DNA of 64,000 nucleotides from Eledone cirrhosa (Eukaryota): NCBI GenBank assembly GCA_964016885.1, contig OZ024760.1, positions 7,750,001 to 7,814,000 of the forward strand, read 5' to 3'. Shown piece by piece: positions 12,801 to 25,160 of this stretch (position 1 is its first letter; each line of letters starts with the position of its first letter). The notes under the pieces were generated by a model. It saw only the letters and a program-made list of their open reading frames with translations, ran no database searches and was not told where the DNA came from. The position numbers and the translations under genes were made by a program.

Positions 12801-12914
12801 CTGTAAAAGAAAAACAAGCAAAAACATACACAAATATATATAGATATAGAGAAAAATAGTAAGAATGGAAATAGCGCGGAAATATATTTAAAGAATCTTT
12901 TTTACTTATTATTG

Positions 12915-13475
12915 AAGGTAGAGGGTCGGACGCCATGCTTTCCAGCATAGAGTTACGTCCCTTTACGATCTGAGTTCAAATCCCGCCGAGGTTGACTTTG
13001 CCTTTCATCCTTACGGGGTCGATAAAATAAAGTACCAGTAATGCACTGGGATAATTGATGGCCTTGTGCCAAAAGTAGAAACAATTATTGAAGGTAGAGG
13101 GTTGGACGCCATGCTTTCCAGCATAGAGTTACGTCCCTTTACGATCTGAGTTCAAATCCCGCCGAGGTTGACTTTGCCTTTCATCCTTACGGGGTCGATA
13201 AAATAAAGTACCAGTAATACACTGGATAATTGCTGGCCTTGTGCCTAAAGTAGAAACAATTATTGAAAAAAAAGTATTGGATTGGCAGTATTGGTAGAAC
13301 ATCAGACACCATACTATGCAACATAGAGTTATGGCTCTTTACGTTCTGAGTTCAAATTCCGCTGAGGTTAACTTTGCCTTTCATCCTTATGGGGTCGATA
13401 AAATAAAAATAAAGCACCAGTAATACACGGGTAATTGCTGGCTTTGTGCTAAAAGTAGAAACAATTATTGAAAAC
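12915..13475 (+). mobile_element. Three head-to-tail tRNA-derived SINE copies in the knottin intron
   Basis: Same B-box and core as the 10070-12080 cluster; the first two copies are nearly identical. Confidence 0.9.
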
Positions 13476-13591
13476 GGGGGAAGAACAATTTTTTAAAAAA
13501 GGAGTTTTATAAAATATATAATATATTTTTAAAAAGTCTTCCTTTTTCAATAATGTCTCTTTGATGGATCAAAGAAGAAAACACAAATTCT

Positions 13592-13805
13592 TTAACCTTT
13601 TAGCATTTAAACCAGCTGTATCTGGCCAGAATTCTGTTCAAACCGGCCGTAACTGGCCACTCATACTGACTTTAAGGTATTGTTCTCAATAAATAACATC
13701 AAAATCTCGTAGATATGATATTATGTGAAATAATTATGTAAGATCAAGCCTTTACTACAAAAATACAATAGTATATATAGAGTAATGTAAATGCTAAAGG
13801 GTTAA
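13592..13805. mobile_element. Complete piggyBac-like MITE with TTAA target sites
   Basis: TTAA-CCTTTTAGCATTT ... AAATGCTAAAGGG-TTAA. Another copy at about 59425-59640. Confidence 0.85.
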
Positions 13806-13944
13806 ATATATTTCCATGCTGTTTCCATTCTTACCTTTTTTCTATAACCTCAGTTTTGTATAGAACCTTACTCCCTTTTCAAATATATATATATAGTTCG
13901 AATCTGTTGAAACGACAGGAGCTCAGCCGTCGAAGTCCCGTATT

Positions 13945-13993
<49 letters not shown>

Positions 13994-14221
13994 AAAGTTC
14001 TATTTAAATTGTTGGGATACAACAAGCAAATATTTTTATAACTGATATAAAGCACTCAACAAGTATTTGGAGTAAACATACGATATTAACAAATGGAAAC
14101 TATATTTATAAAACCATATTTATTTCATGATACATATTTCAAGGACACCAAGTTAAATTATGGTGTGCTTTCATCAGATAAAATATAATATAGATCAGTT
14201 TTATAAATAAATAAATAAATA

Positions 14222-14562
14222 TCATCATCATCATCATCATTTTACGTCCGCTTATTCCCTGCTTGCAAGGGTGGGACGGGAGCTGATTCTGGCTTGATTT
14301 CTACAGCTGGATGCCCTTCCTAACACCAACCTCATTTACAGTGAGTGCTGGGTGCTTTTTTGCCGTGGCACCTGCACGACCACTTTGCAGTGGAATGATA
14401 TGGACCCCAGTCCCTATCATCTCATTTCTACAGCTGAGTAAACTGGAGCAATCTGAAATAAAGTGTCTTGCTCAAGGAAACAACACATCACCCGGTCTGA
14501 GAATTGAACTCACAACCTTTCGATTGCAAGGCCAATGCTCTAACCACTAAGCCATGTGCCTC
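14222..14562 (-). mobile_element. Full-length tRNA-headed SINE with RTE-derived (GAT)n tail; near-identical copy at 23757-24088
   Basis: Head GGAGGCACATGGCTTAGTGGTTAGAGC...GAGTTCAATTC, CCTTGAGCAAGACAC core, 3' part shared with the RTE LINE 3'UTR. Confidence 0.85.
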
Positions 14563-15033
14563 CATATACATACATATATAAGGAACATATAAATATATAT
14601 ATATATATATAAGGAACACCAGTCTTCTCTTGTGCATAAGCTGAATCTGAAGCATACATATAGTATGCACTACTCGCACCTACACCTCATCCCAATTGTG
14701 TAACAACTAATAGAGTTGTCTCCCCTTATACACTTGTGTCGGCAGACGGTCAGAAATATTGACCGAAAAAGCTAGACAGTGGCTGACACGGTCCTTACTC
14801 CTACTCTACTTTCTGAAGGTTGCCCCCTCTGATTTAGAACAATTTACAGTGTTATGCTGGTTTTACAATGTTTTACAATTACATCCTTCTCGTGTTGGAG
14901 GTGAATTTTGCCTCTTTTTAAATCGTTAGAAAAACACAAATTTCACCTTCGAATTCTAACAAAACCTTTCAACTAACTACCTTTAAAATTAAATGTGGGG
15001 TTAATATAGACACCCATCTTCGAGACGGATATA

Positions 15034-15069
<36 letters not shown>

Positions 15070-15071
<2 letters not shown>

Positions 15072-15440
15072 TTCAGGGAGCTACTGTCACTGCTAGCTGT
15101 AAAAGGCTTTTCCCTCAAAATGAAAGGCAGGCTGTATAATGTGTGCATACGAACAGCAATGTTAGATGGTAGTGAGACCTGGGCGCAGTGCGTAGAAGAC
15201 TTGCATAGATTAGAAAGAAACAAAGCTTACATGCTCCGATGGATGTGTAATAGTAATATATGCGAACGGCAAAGCACAAACGAACTGAGAGAGAGACTGA
15301 GCATAAGAGGAATCAAATGCTGTGGGCAGGAGAGGAAGATGCGTTGGAATGGACATGTGATGCATATGCAGGATGACAGCTGCATAAAAAAGTGCAGAGC
15401 ACTAAAAGTTGATGGAAGCCATGGAGTGGGGAGACCCTTC
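15070..15440 (+). mobile_element. RTE-clade LINE ORF2 fragment
   Basis: MKGRLYNVCIRTAMLDGSETW...RWNGHVMHM, homologous to 55555-56478. Confidence 0.9.
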
Positions 15441-15476
15441 TAGAAAGAAGTCTTCATGAAGACTAGGAGTCTCTTG

Positions 15477-15508
<32 letters not shown>

Positions 15509-15677
15509 TTAATATAGAACGGCTTCTACAGGACTAGAACTGTTTCATTCAGCAGTATAAATATAAATATTTATACTCTGCTGTGTATTGAGTACCTTAC
15601 TTACTGTGGTTACCCCCGATTGAACCCAGGATAAACTTATATATATGTGTGTATATATATATATATATTGATATAAT

Positions 15678-15875
15678 TTGGGAGGGTCATGCTGCCGATA
15701 AAAACACATGCACCGGTTTTCACTTCAATTTATTATAAGTTTCCGGTTGGTTTGATAATCAAAAGGTTGTTTATATATTGTCAAAGCTCTTTCGTCACAC
15801 ATTCTGTGACCTCCTCAGTGACTAGGTTTTTATTTTTGTGTCTCTCCTTTGTTCTGTCCTACACCATCTTGTTTT
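15678..15875 (-). mobile_element. About 200-bp dispersed repeat carrying a minimal type I hammerhead-like motif (15780-15822); copies about 20720-20920 (+) and 31505-31705 (-)
   Basis: GUCA-CUGAGGA-G-GUCACA-gaaug-UGUGAC-GAAA-GAGC-UU-UGAC; three alignable copies. Confidence 0.75.
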
Positions 15876-15889
15876 TGTGTATATACATA

Positions 15890-15921
<32 letters not shown>

Positions 15922-17177
15922 CACCCGTCTCTGAGATGAGTGTACATATTAATAATTTACTATCATCATCTCTGATACTGTCAGCCTGTGTCTACACCCC
16001 AACTTACCGCCATCTTAGTGATGTCACTAATCACGGCTGGAATTATTTGTCAAATGTCTGCTTGATCAAACCTAACCAAGGGCTAAACAACAACAACAAC
16101 AATAAACAAAACAAGTTTCAGTATCTAGGGTTCAGGTAAGTGTTCTTTCTCTTATTCTTCTACTAGTTCCAAGCATCACACTGTGGCCATGCTTGGGCAC
16201 CACCTTCATTTAGCCGATCTCATACTTTTACAGGACATAACTTCAGACATGGATGGGCCACAGAATGACTTAAAAAAAAGGACTTTCCTGATGATTTCAT
16301 ACAAATGAAACGGTTCTAGCCCAGTAGAAGGCATTTATATATACATATATTTCTATGTGTATATATAATATTTGTTTATTTTATATAGAAATGACTCCTA
16401 CAGGTCTAGAACTGTTTCATTTTTTTTATGAAATCATCAGGAAAGTCCTTTTTTTAAAAATTTGGTCACCTCCCAATACTCATTGGGAATCCACTCATAG
16501 CTGTTGAAATAGCAAGAGCTCAGCCGTTGGGTCCTGAGTCTTTATAATATAACTATACTCTACTATCACAAGTATATAGTACTCTGTTGAGTAATGGTCT
16601 GACTAATTTCAAACTTGTTCTATCCTGATTTATATACATATATGATAATTTCCTTCGAATGAAACAGTTCTAGTCCTGTAGAAGCCATTTCTATATTAAA
16701 TATCTATACTCTGCTATGTATTGAGTACTTTACTTACTCTGGTTACCCTCAACTGAACTTGGGATACACACACACACATATATATAAAAGTTTGGGTGAA
16801 TAAAGTTATCCCAGCAAAATTTCAACAATATGTGTGTATACATCTATCATCATATATATATGTGTATATATATATGTATACACACACATGTACATATATG
16901 AATATTATCATGCACAAAACGCCAGCATCAACAGTTTTCCAAGAGATGGCAACATCAATGGAACTGTTATCTTTCTCTCAAAGTTTTTTTACCCTTTCTG
17001 CCACTGCTCGTCTCCTCAATCTTTCTATTTCTTCTTTAATTTCTCATTCTTTCTTCTGATGAAGGACTAGCGTCCGAAACGTTAACACTCTCTTCCTGCT
17101 ATTTCAGGCATTAAACTAATATATTCCTTCCATGTACTAAGCTATTTGTTTTGTTATTTTTGTTATTTCTGTTTACC

Positions 17178-17250
<73 letters not shown>

Positions 17251-17948
17251 AACACACAAGGGGCTAATACAGAAGTTCTCAAAATGGGTCCTACCGTCCC
17301 CTGGGGGCGTTGAGAAGGTCCAGGGGGCCCCTGGGGCCTCAGAGGGTGGGGGGAGGGAGTGGTAGAGATGATATAATAGTATATTAAATATCAAATGATA
17401 CATATTATATATAAATATAGTAAAATAAAAAAAATATATAATATTTATTTATACATAGTATATATTATATTATTTATTATATATAAATCAACGATTTTAT
17501 GTATTATATATTATTTACAATTTGTGTGTAGGCAGGTCTCTCTGGAAATAGGGTTGGGGGTTGCTGAGGGTATTACTACACCTGATGTGCCCCTTCCATA
17601 CACATGCACATATGTGTGTATCATGACTCGTGCACTGTTCATTTTACTGATGTTTGTGCATTGCCCTATGTACTGTACATGCACTTTTTTGATGGGTTGT
17701 GGTGCACCTGGGCACTGTGCACAATATTTCATTATTGTTATTGTTATTATATCATGACTCATACACTGTTTATTTTCCTGAGATTTGTACATTATTCTAT
17801 GTACTATACATGCACCTTTGATGAGTTGTAGTGCACCTGAGCACTGTACACAATAATTTCATTATTATATTATTATTACATGGCTGTAAGAGGGGGCAGT
17901 GGCCTAAAAAGTTTGAGAATCTCTAGGTTAATTTATTCAGATACTTAC

Positions 17949-18074
17949 ATTTGGGGTTGGCGGTTTAGGAGGTGATAGCCTGGGTACAGTCACAATTACC
18001 ACCCTGCTGTGACAATAAACAATCAGGCAAGAGGCTAGCAGGAACCACACCATTGCAGCGTTGCACAAATGCAT
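17949..18074 (-). CDS. Secreted cysteine-knot peptide, first coding exon: MHLCNAAMVWFLLASCLIVYCHSRVVIVTVPRLSPPKPPTPN
   Basis: tttttcacag|ATG acceptor, AAT|gtaagt donor, 126 nt phase 0. Hydrophobic signal-like N-terminus then Pro-rich spacer; joins in frame to 12800. Confidence 0.82.
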
Positions 18075-18419
18075 CTGTGAAAAACAAACAACAAACAAAA
18101 CATATTGGTAAATTTATATATTTACGCCTGTCACCCCTTGGAGGTGAAATGTAGGGGTTTTTTTTGGGGGGGGGGGGGGGTGTTTAACGTAACTTGTATT
18201 GATATTAATTGTATGTGACAATATCAACAATAGGTATTATTACTGGCAACACCACCTACCACAACAACATCAACAACCACCACCACCACCACAACTAGTA
18301 CTACTACACTAGAACTACTACTACCGACACCACCACTACAACAACAACATCAACCACATTAAGAACTAACTCTATGCTAAAAAATAAAATAATTTTTTTT
18401 ATAAGACAATTTTTCTGCT

Positions 18420-18890
18420 GAAGGGTCTTTGGAGTAACATTACTCGATTAAGTGTGAAGCTCGGAGATAAGCGAGTCACTCCAGGTAGAGCCGCTACTTC
18501 TCCGAATTGAGAGATCACAGCTCTGATACTATGGGCATGTTGTTAGAATGTCTCAGGAAAGAATCGCTGGACAGATTTGTAGCTCGGAGATCAGAGTCAC
18601 TCCAGGTAGAGCTGCTACTTCTCCGAATTGTGAGATCACAGCTCTGATACTATGGGCATGTTGTTAGAATGTCTCAGGAAAGAATCGCTGGACAGATTTT
18701 ACGGGCGAAACCAACTGGTAGGAGACCCAGGGGTAAGCCCCGAGCAAGATGGCTGGTTAACATCCATGAGCTTGGCTGGTCATGCTTGGGGGATCCAGCT
18801 GAATCATTTGGAGATGGTTGCCTCTGACAGGACCTGTTGGAGGGAGTGTTTGACGACTCTGCCCCCATGACCCTCACAGGAATAAGTGGG
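18420..18890 (+). mobile_element. RTE-type LINE fragment, second family, with internal duplication; copies about 50057-50450 (-) and 60720-61040 (-)
   Basis: GHVVRMSQERI...RRPRG.PRARW motif shared among copies. Confidence 0.75.
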
Positions 18891-19751
18891 GGTGAAGAAG
18901 ACCATACCACAAGAACAAATACTACCACGACCACCACCACAAGAACAACAACTACAACTATTATAATGACTAATCACCACCAATCCCACCAACTACAACA
19001 ACAACGCTTACCACTACAACCCCTACCACCACCACTAACAGCTATAACAACTATCACCACCACCACTACAACAACAACAATAGCAACAGCTGCCACCACC
19101 ACCACCACCACAACAACAACAATAGCAACAGCTACCACCTCCACTAACAACAATAACAACAACCACCACCACCAAAGACAAGAAGAACAACAACAGCTCC
19201 AATTACTACCACCACCACTACCACAACATCAACTACATTAACATCTAACTCCATGCTAAAAAATAAAATCATTTTTTTCCCCTATTATAAGACAATTTAT
19301 GGATAAAATCTAAAATAATTTGAAGGAAAAATATTTCAAATCAGCTTACCTTAGTCTTGTTGGGTTTTTTTAAAACTGTTTCTTTCAAATATTGGTGAGA
19401 AATTCCACAATTTTCTCTTAACGCCATACCACAAGAACAAATATTACCACACCACCACCACCAACACCTCAAAACAACAGCTATTATTGCCATCACCTCC
19501 AACTACAACAACTAATACTAGAACCCCAACAACAACAACAATAGAAACAGCTACCACTACCACCACCACCACCACCACCACCAAAGATAAGAACAACAAC
19601 TACTACTACTATCTCTAGAACAACAACAACATCAACTACATTAACATCTAACTCCATGTTAAAAAATAAAATAATTTTTTTCCCTATTATAAGACAATTT
19701 ATGGATAAAATCTAAAATAATTTGAAGGAAAAATATTTTAAATCTGCTTAC

Positions 19752-19905
19752 CTTAGTCTTGTTGGGTTTTTTAAAACTGTTTCTTTCAAATATTGGTGAG
19801 AAATTCCACAATTTTCTCTTAAAAAATATTAATCTCCTGGCTGCAGTCTGTGGATTTCCTACTGAGTCTGTGGATTTCCACTTGGCTATGAATAGTAAAC
19901 TTCTG
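19752..19905 (-). other. Putative non-coding 5'UTR exon of the knottin gene
   Basis: Strong donor AAG|gtaagc at 19752/19751, no ATG in the exon, TATA box about 30 nt upstream. Confidence 0.55.
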
Positions 19906-19930
19906 TTCACCACGCTATACACTGTCAACT

Positions 19931-19938
19931 CTTTTATA
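19931..19938 (-). promoter_or_regulatory. Putative TATA box (TATAAAAG) of the knottin gene
   Basis: Canonical sequence at the right distance from the putative first exon. Confidence 0.5.
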
Positions 19939-21022
19939 TTTACTGACACCACACTCTACACCATACCTCTAATCCCACACTCTACAATACAACACCTAAC
20001 TCTACAGTAGACCCCATACCACACATCTAATCCCACACTCCACATTATGATACCGCACTCTAGCACTTCACTCCACCTCTATTCCACACTCCACACCACA
20101 ACTCTCTTCCACATTCCACACCACACCACTCTTCCCCATTCCCCACCACACCTCTCTTCCACACACTACACCACACCTCTCTTCCACACACCACACCACA
20201 CCACAGCTCTCTTCTACAGTCCGCACTATACCTCTATTCCACACTCTAAACTACACCTGTATTCTACACTACACTTCTATTTAACATTCTGGACCTCACA
20301 TCTAATACTACACGAACCAATATGGCACCCCACTCGTCACCATATTTCTAAACCACACTGCACACCTCGTGTTCAATCCCACAGTAACTAATATATAAAA
20401 CCGTACTCTATTTAGCTGCACCAATTTAGAGAATGTTCTGTCTGTATGTAGAGGTGTCACAAGGGAAAATAGCACCTATGGCAAACATTGAAATTGCACC
20501 CCTGCCCATGCAGCAAGCTATATAGTAGTTGTTAGACAATGGGATTGACAGTGCAGTTTAAATAGATGAGGGTTTAGGGTATTAAACTGCATTTTCATTT
20601 GTTCTACAGGTATCCTTTACGCTTAAGTATACGTCAAGTATTGGCAAAAGTGTTGGTGTAGTTAAAACACACACATGCCCGGATGTAACATGTGCAAACC
20701 AAGCACACAGCACACAACACAAAAACAAGATGGTGTAGGACAGAACAAAGGAGAGACACAAAGTAAAAACCTAGCCACTGAGGAGGTCACAGAATGTGTG
20801 ACGAAAGAGCTTTGACAATATATAAATAATCATCCGGTTATCGAACCAACCGGAAATTTATAATAAATTGAAGTGAAAACCAGGTGCTTGTGTTTTTATT
20901 GGCAGCATGACCCTCCCAAAATATTACAACATCTGTTTCAACACACGTTTTCAGATAAGAAATATTGCAAAACAAATTAAAAAAGGAAGTAATATATATA
21001 TATATATATATATTACTTCCTT

Positions 21023-21067
<45 letters not shown>

Positions 21068-21076
<9 letters not shown>

Positions 21077-21395
21077 CCTTTGGTTATTTTGGCTCTAGAT
21101 AAAGTCTATTGAGCTTACTTATTGAGAAACACAAAATTCTAAACATATTGGATATGTTTTGATTCATTATTTGTATATAAATACATTATATATATATAGT
21201 TTATTGAGCTTATTTATTGAGAAACACAAAATTCTAAACATATTGGATATGTTTTGATTCATTATTTGTATATAAATACATTATATATATACAAATAATG
21301 AATCAAAACATATCCAATATGTTTAGAATTTTGTGTTTCTCAATAAGTAAGCTCAATAGACTTTATCTAGAGCCAAAATAACCAAAGGAAAAAAA
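21068..21395. repeat. Foldback element: about 110-bp inverted arms with an internal partial direct duplicate, flanked by (TA)n
   Basis: TTTTTCCTTTGGTTATTTTGGCTCTAG... mirrored by ...CTAGAGCCAAAATAACCAAAGGAAAAA. Confidence 0.85.
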
Positions 21396-21499
21396 TATAT
21401 GTATATATATAGAGAGAAAGAGCTATATATTGTATAAAAAACACATTATATTGTATATATACCAACAAGATATATGGCTCTTATATACATATATCTTTT

Positions 21500-22580
21500 T
21501 CATTGCACCTCTCAAAGGAGATGACACATCGCTGGGAACTCTGGTGATATGCAGTAATACGACTTCCCACAAGCACAAGCTGAAGCATATGTACAGTATG
21601 CCCGCCCACACGGGATGTGTAAAATACACAGCAAAAAGCACCCAACACACACTGTAAAGGGGATGTGTAAAAGACACAGCAAAAAGCACCCAACACACAC
21701 TGTAAAGGGGATGTGTAAAAGACACAGCAAAAAGCACCCAGTCCACATTGGAAAGTGGACGTGTAAAAGACACAGCAAAAAGCACCCAACACACACTGTA
21801 AAGGGGATGTGTAAAAGACACAGCAAAAAGCACCCAACACACACTGTAAAGGGGATGTGTAAAAGACACAGCAAAAAGCACCCAGTCCACATTGGAAAGT
21901 GGACGTGTAAAAGACACAGCAAAAAGCACCCAACACACACTGTAAAGGGGATGTGTAAAAGACACAGCAAAAAGCACCCAGTCCACATTGGAAAGTGGAC
22001 GTGTAAAAGACACAGCAAAAAGCACCCAACACACACTGTAAAGGGGATGTGTAAAAGACACAGCAAAAAGCACCCAGTCCACATTGGAAAGTGGACGTGT
22101 AAAAGACACAGCAAAAAGCACCCAACACACACTGTAAAGGGGATGTGTAAAAGACACAGCAAAAAGCACCCAACACACACTGTAAAGGGGATGTGTAAAA
22201 GACACAGCAAAAAGCACCCAGTCCACATTGGAAAGTGGACGTGTAAAAGACACAGCAAAAAGCACCCAACACACACTGTAAAGGGGATGTGTAAAAGACA
22301 CAGCAAAAAGCACCCAACACACACTGTAAAGGGGATGTGTAAAAGACACAGCAAAAAGCACCCAGTCCACATTGGAAAGTGGACGTGTAAAAGACACAGC
22401 AAAAAGCACCCAACACACACTGTCAATGTGGTTAGGTTAGGAAGGGCATCCAGCCATAGAAAACCAGCCAGAAACACCCCTATATGAACGAGACACGGTC
22501 AGGCGACCCAACTTGCCTCTCAATGGGACCTGTCTAATCCATGCTAGCGTGGAAGATAGACGTTAATCGATGATGATGAT
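21500..22580 (+). mobile_element. 5'-truncated RTE LINE whose 3'UTR 48-bp unit is expanded about 17-fold (21612-22425)
   Basis: 5' flank matches the LINE ORF end (CACCTCTCAAAG...GCTGAAGCATAT); 3' flank is the GTTAGGAAGGGCATCCAG...(GAT)n tail. Confidence 0.85.
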
Positions 22581-24284
22581 ATATATACACATTATTAAGG
22601 GTCGGACGCCATGCTTTGACGCAAAGAGTTACGTCCCTTTACGATCTGAGTTCAAATCCCGTCGAGGTTAACTTTGCCTTTCATCCTTACGGGGTCGATA
22701 AAATAAAGTACCAGTAATGTACTGAGTAATTGCTGGCCTTGTGCCAAACGAAGAAACAATTATTATTATTATTACTATTATCATCATCCTCATTATTTTT
22801 ACATCTACTTTCCATGCTGGTATGGGACAGAGATAGCCATTGTCAAAAACAAACCCTAGGTGTTGGACTGGCTCTTTCAGGGTCTCCTACAATATCCTTT
22901 GTAGTCATATACTAGCAAATCTATCTACTAGGACAAGTGTCATTTACCAGAACCCTTAGTCGGCCTATGCCTTGGAATTGGGTTGACGGAGTCTGTTTGG
23001 AAGCCCATCGGATGTAATTTAAAAGGCCTGTCATGTCACGCTGAATCTCCCTGAGAATTATGTCAAGGGTACACGTGTCTGTGTATCTATGAAATACTTT
23101 GCCACGAAGCTATTTCGTTAATCGGAACAACGCACAGCTGGAACATTCATCGTCTAAACCGACGTGGGATCCATCCATTCGACGACATATGATAACAGCA
23201 CAAAAAACGAAACAAACAAAAAAAAAACTCCATTTCATTATGTTGATAACGATGACACCGTTTCCCTTAGCAACGCCTCCCCTCTTCTCCCGTCGCGCCC
23301 CGCGGGAATTAAAGTTAAGAGGAGATTATCCACCCACACACCGCTTTATTTTGTCCACTCTCCGTTTTTCTGTTAATTGACACACTAAACCTATTTGAAA
23401 ATGTCGTCTGTTTCAGTGAAATGAGGAAGACAATTCGTGCCGGACACGATGTTTAGTTAATGGAGAAGGGAGGAGGCTTTTAATGGACGGATGGAAGGAT
23501 GGACGGACGGACATATTGGCGCGGCCGTCGTGTAAAGTGTCTATCACACGTGATACAAATATAATAGTCATTTCTCCCTCCTCTCTCACCCCACACCATT
23601 TCACCTTTATATATATATATATAGTGAAGAATAAATATGCATAATGGGTTTTTACAACAATTTATTCATAATATATATGTGAGTGTGTGTGTAAGTAGAA
23701 ACCAACAAATATATGTATTGTATATTACCTTTTTGCTGTTATTTTTCCATATTTTAATCATCATCATCATCATTTCATTTTACGTCCGCTTTTCCCTGCT
23801 TGCAAGGGTGGGACGGGAACTGATTCTGGCTTGATTTCTACAGCTGGATGCCCTTCCTAACACCAACCTCATTTACAGTGAGTGCTGGGTGCTTTTTTGC
23901 CGTGGCACCTACACGACCACTTTGCAGACTGGGGTCCCTATCATCTTATTTCTACAGCTGAGTAAACTGGAGCAATGTGAAATAAAGTGTCTTGCTCAAG
24001 GAAACAACACATCACCCGGTCTGAGAATTGAACTCACAACCTTTCGATTGCAAGGCCAATGCTCTAACCACTAACCCATGTGCCTCCATCATTTAATATA
24101 TATGTATTTACATGTTTGTGTTTACTCACACACACATGCATTTATATACACCATAGACAGATAAACAAGTGCTCATGTATGTATATATGTTTTTCTTTTT
24201 CTTAATTTTGAGTACATTTTTGACTGGCCATCTTCCTGGGTGTAAAAGAAGAGAAATTGCCATCCTTTGAATTGCAAAAATGTT

Positions 24285-25160
24285 TTTTAAATTTTGAAGG
24301 TGCCAGCTAGCACAGCTATTTGTAGACTATGAATTAGTGAGCTGCGCTCTTTGTCCAAAAATCCAAGTTCAGTTATACTTTGGTCCAAGTGGGTTGGTAT
24401 ATAAGCTCTAACTCCAATAATGATGATTATGAAGCTGAAAGTGTATCTTGAATACTTGATCTGCAAACTCCTCATCAATGGCCTGTAGATGTCCTCCTTC
24501 TCTTGTATTTTTCTTACAATGTTAACATCAAGTGGGCAGCTGATCTCTACAACAGAGCACGTTTTCAATGTGTCGTCTCAAACAATAGCAGGCCGGTTGT
24601 GCTTTAATTTGGTGGCAGTTTTTATTTTCAAGTTCCACCAGTATTCTTTAGTGCTATCTATTTCAACATATTCCTCCTCAGTTGTTTTAAATTTTGTTTT
24701 CCTAAGTGAGTTCCAGATGGTTCTAGCTATCACATCGTGTTTCATAGGTAGGTAGTAACGAGACGACAATCTTTCACAATTGGCAACAATGTGGCTTACA
24801 TCTTTGATCTTTGTTTTACTTAGCCTTCATTTATTGTCGACTGATGGCCCTCCTAATTTGTGTAGCAGATATTTGGTAGGGATTTCTTGTTCCTGTATTG
24901 AAATATCCTTCAAGGTGGGATGTCATAAACTTGTTGGAACTCCATGCCAGGCTTTTTGAATGATTTATCCCCTCTATGGTCTGGGTTTTTCGTCTCAGGT
25001 ATCCATGCACAACTTTCTCTGTAAATTGGTCCATTTTTAATTCTTGTTCGAGCCTTGAGTAGGATCTTCCAATGTCCCTGGGAGAGAGATTTATGTCAGG
25101 CCTTATGCCATATCTCTCCTCCAGATCAGTGGCTATCCTAATGATATTATTTCCTGCAGT
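24285..25160 (-). mobile_element. Decayed R4/Dong-like (RLE) non-LTR retrotransposon 3' fragment
   Basis: HIVANC...YYLPMKHDVIARTIW...KHNRPAIV...CSVVEISCPLD motifs across frameshifts. Confidence 0.75.

Noticed and set aside
10070-13475. tRNA gene cluster
   Set aside because: A/B boxes belong to SINE heads followed by a SINE core; no cloverleaf or acceptor stem.
18837-19241. Thr-rich mucin-like ORF (also 32581-32996)
   Set aside because: (AAC)/(ACC) simple repeats fused to a LINE fragment.
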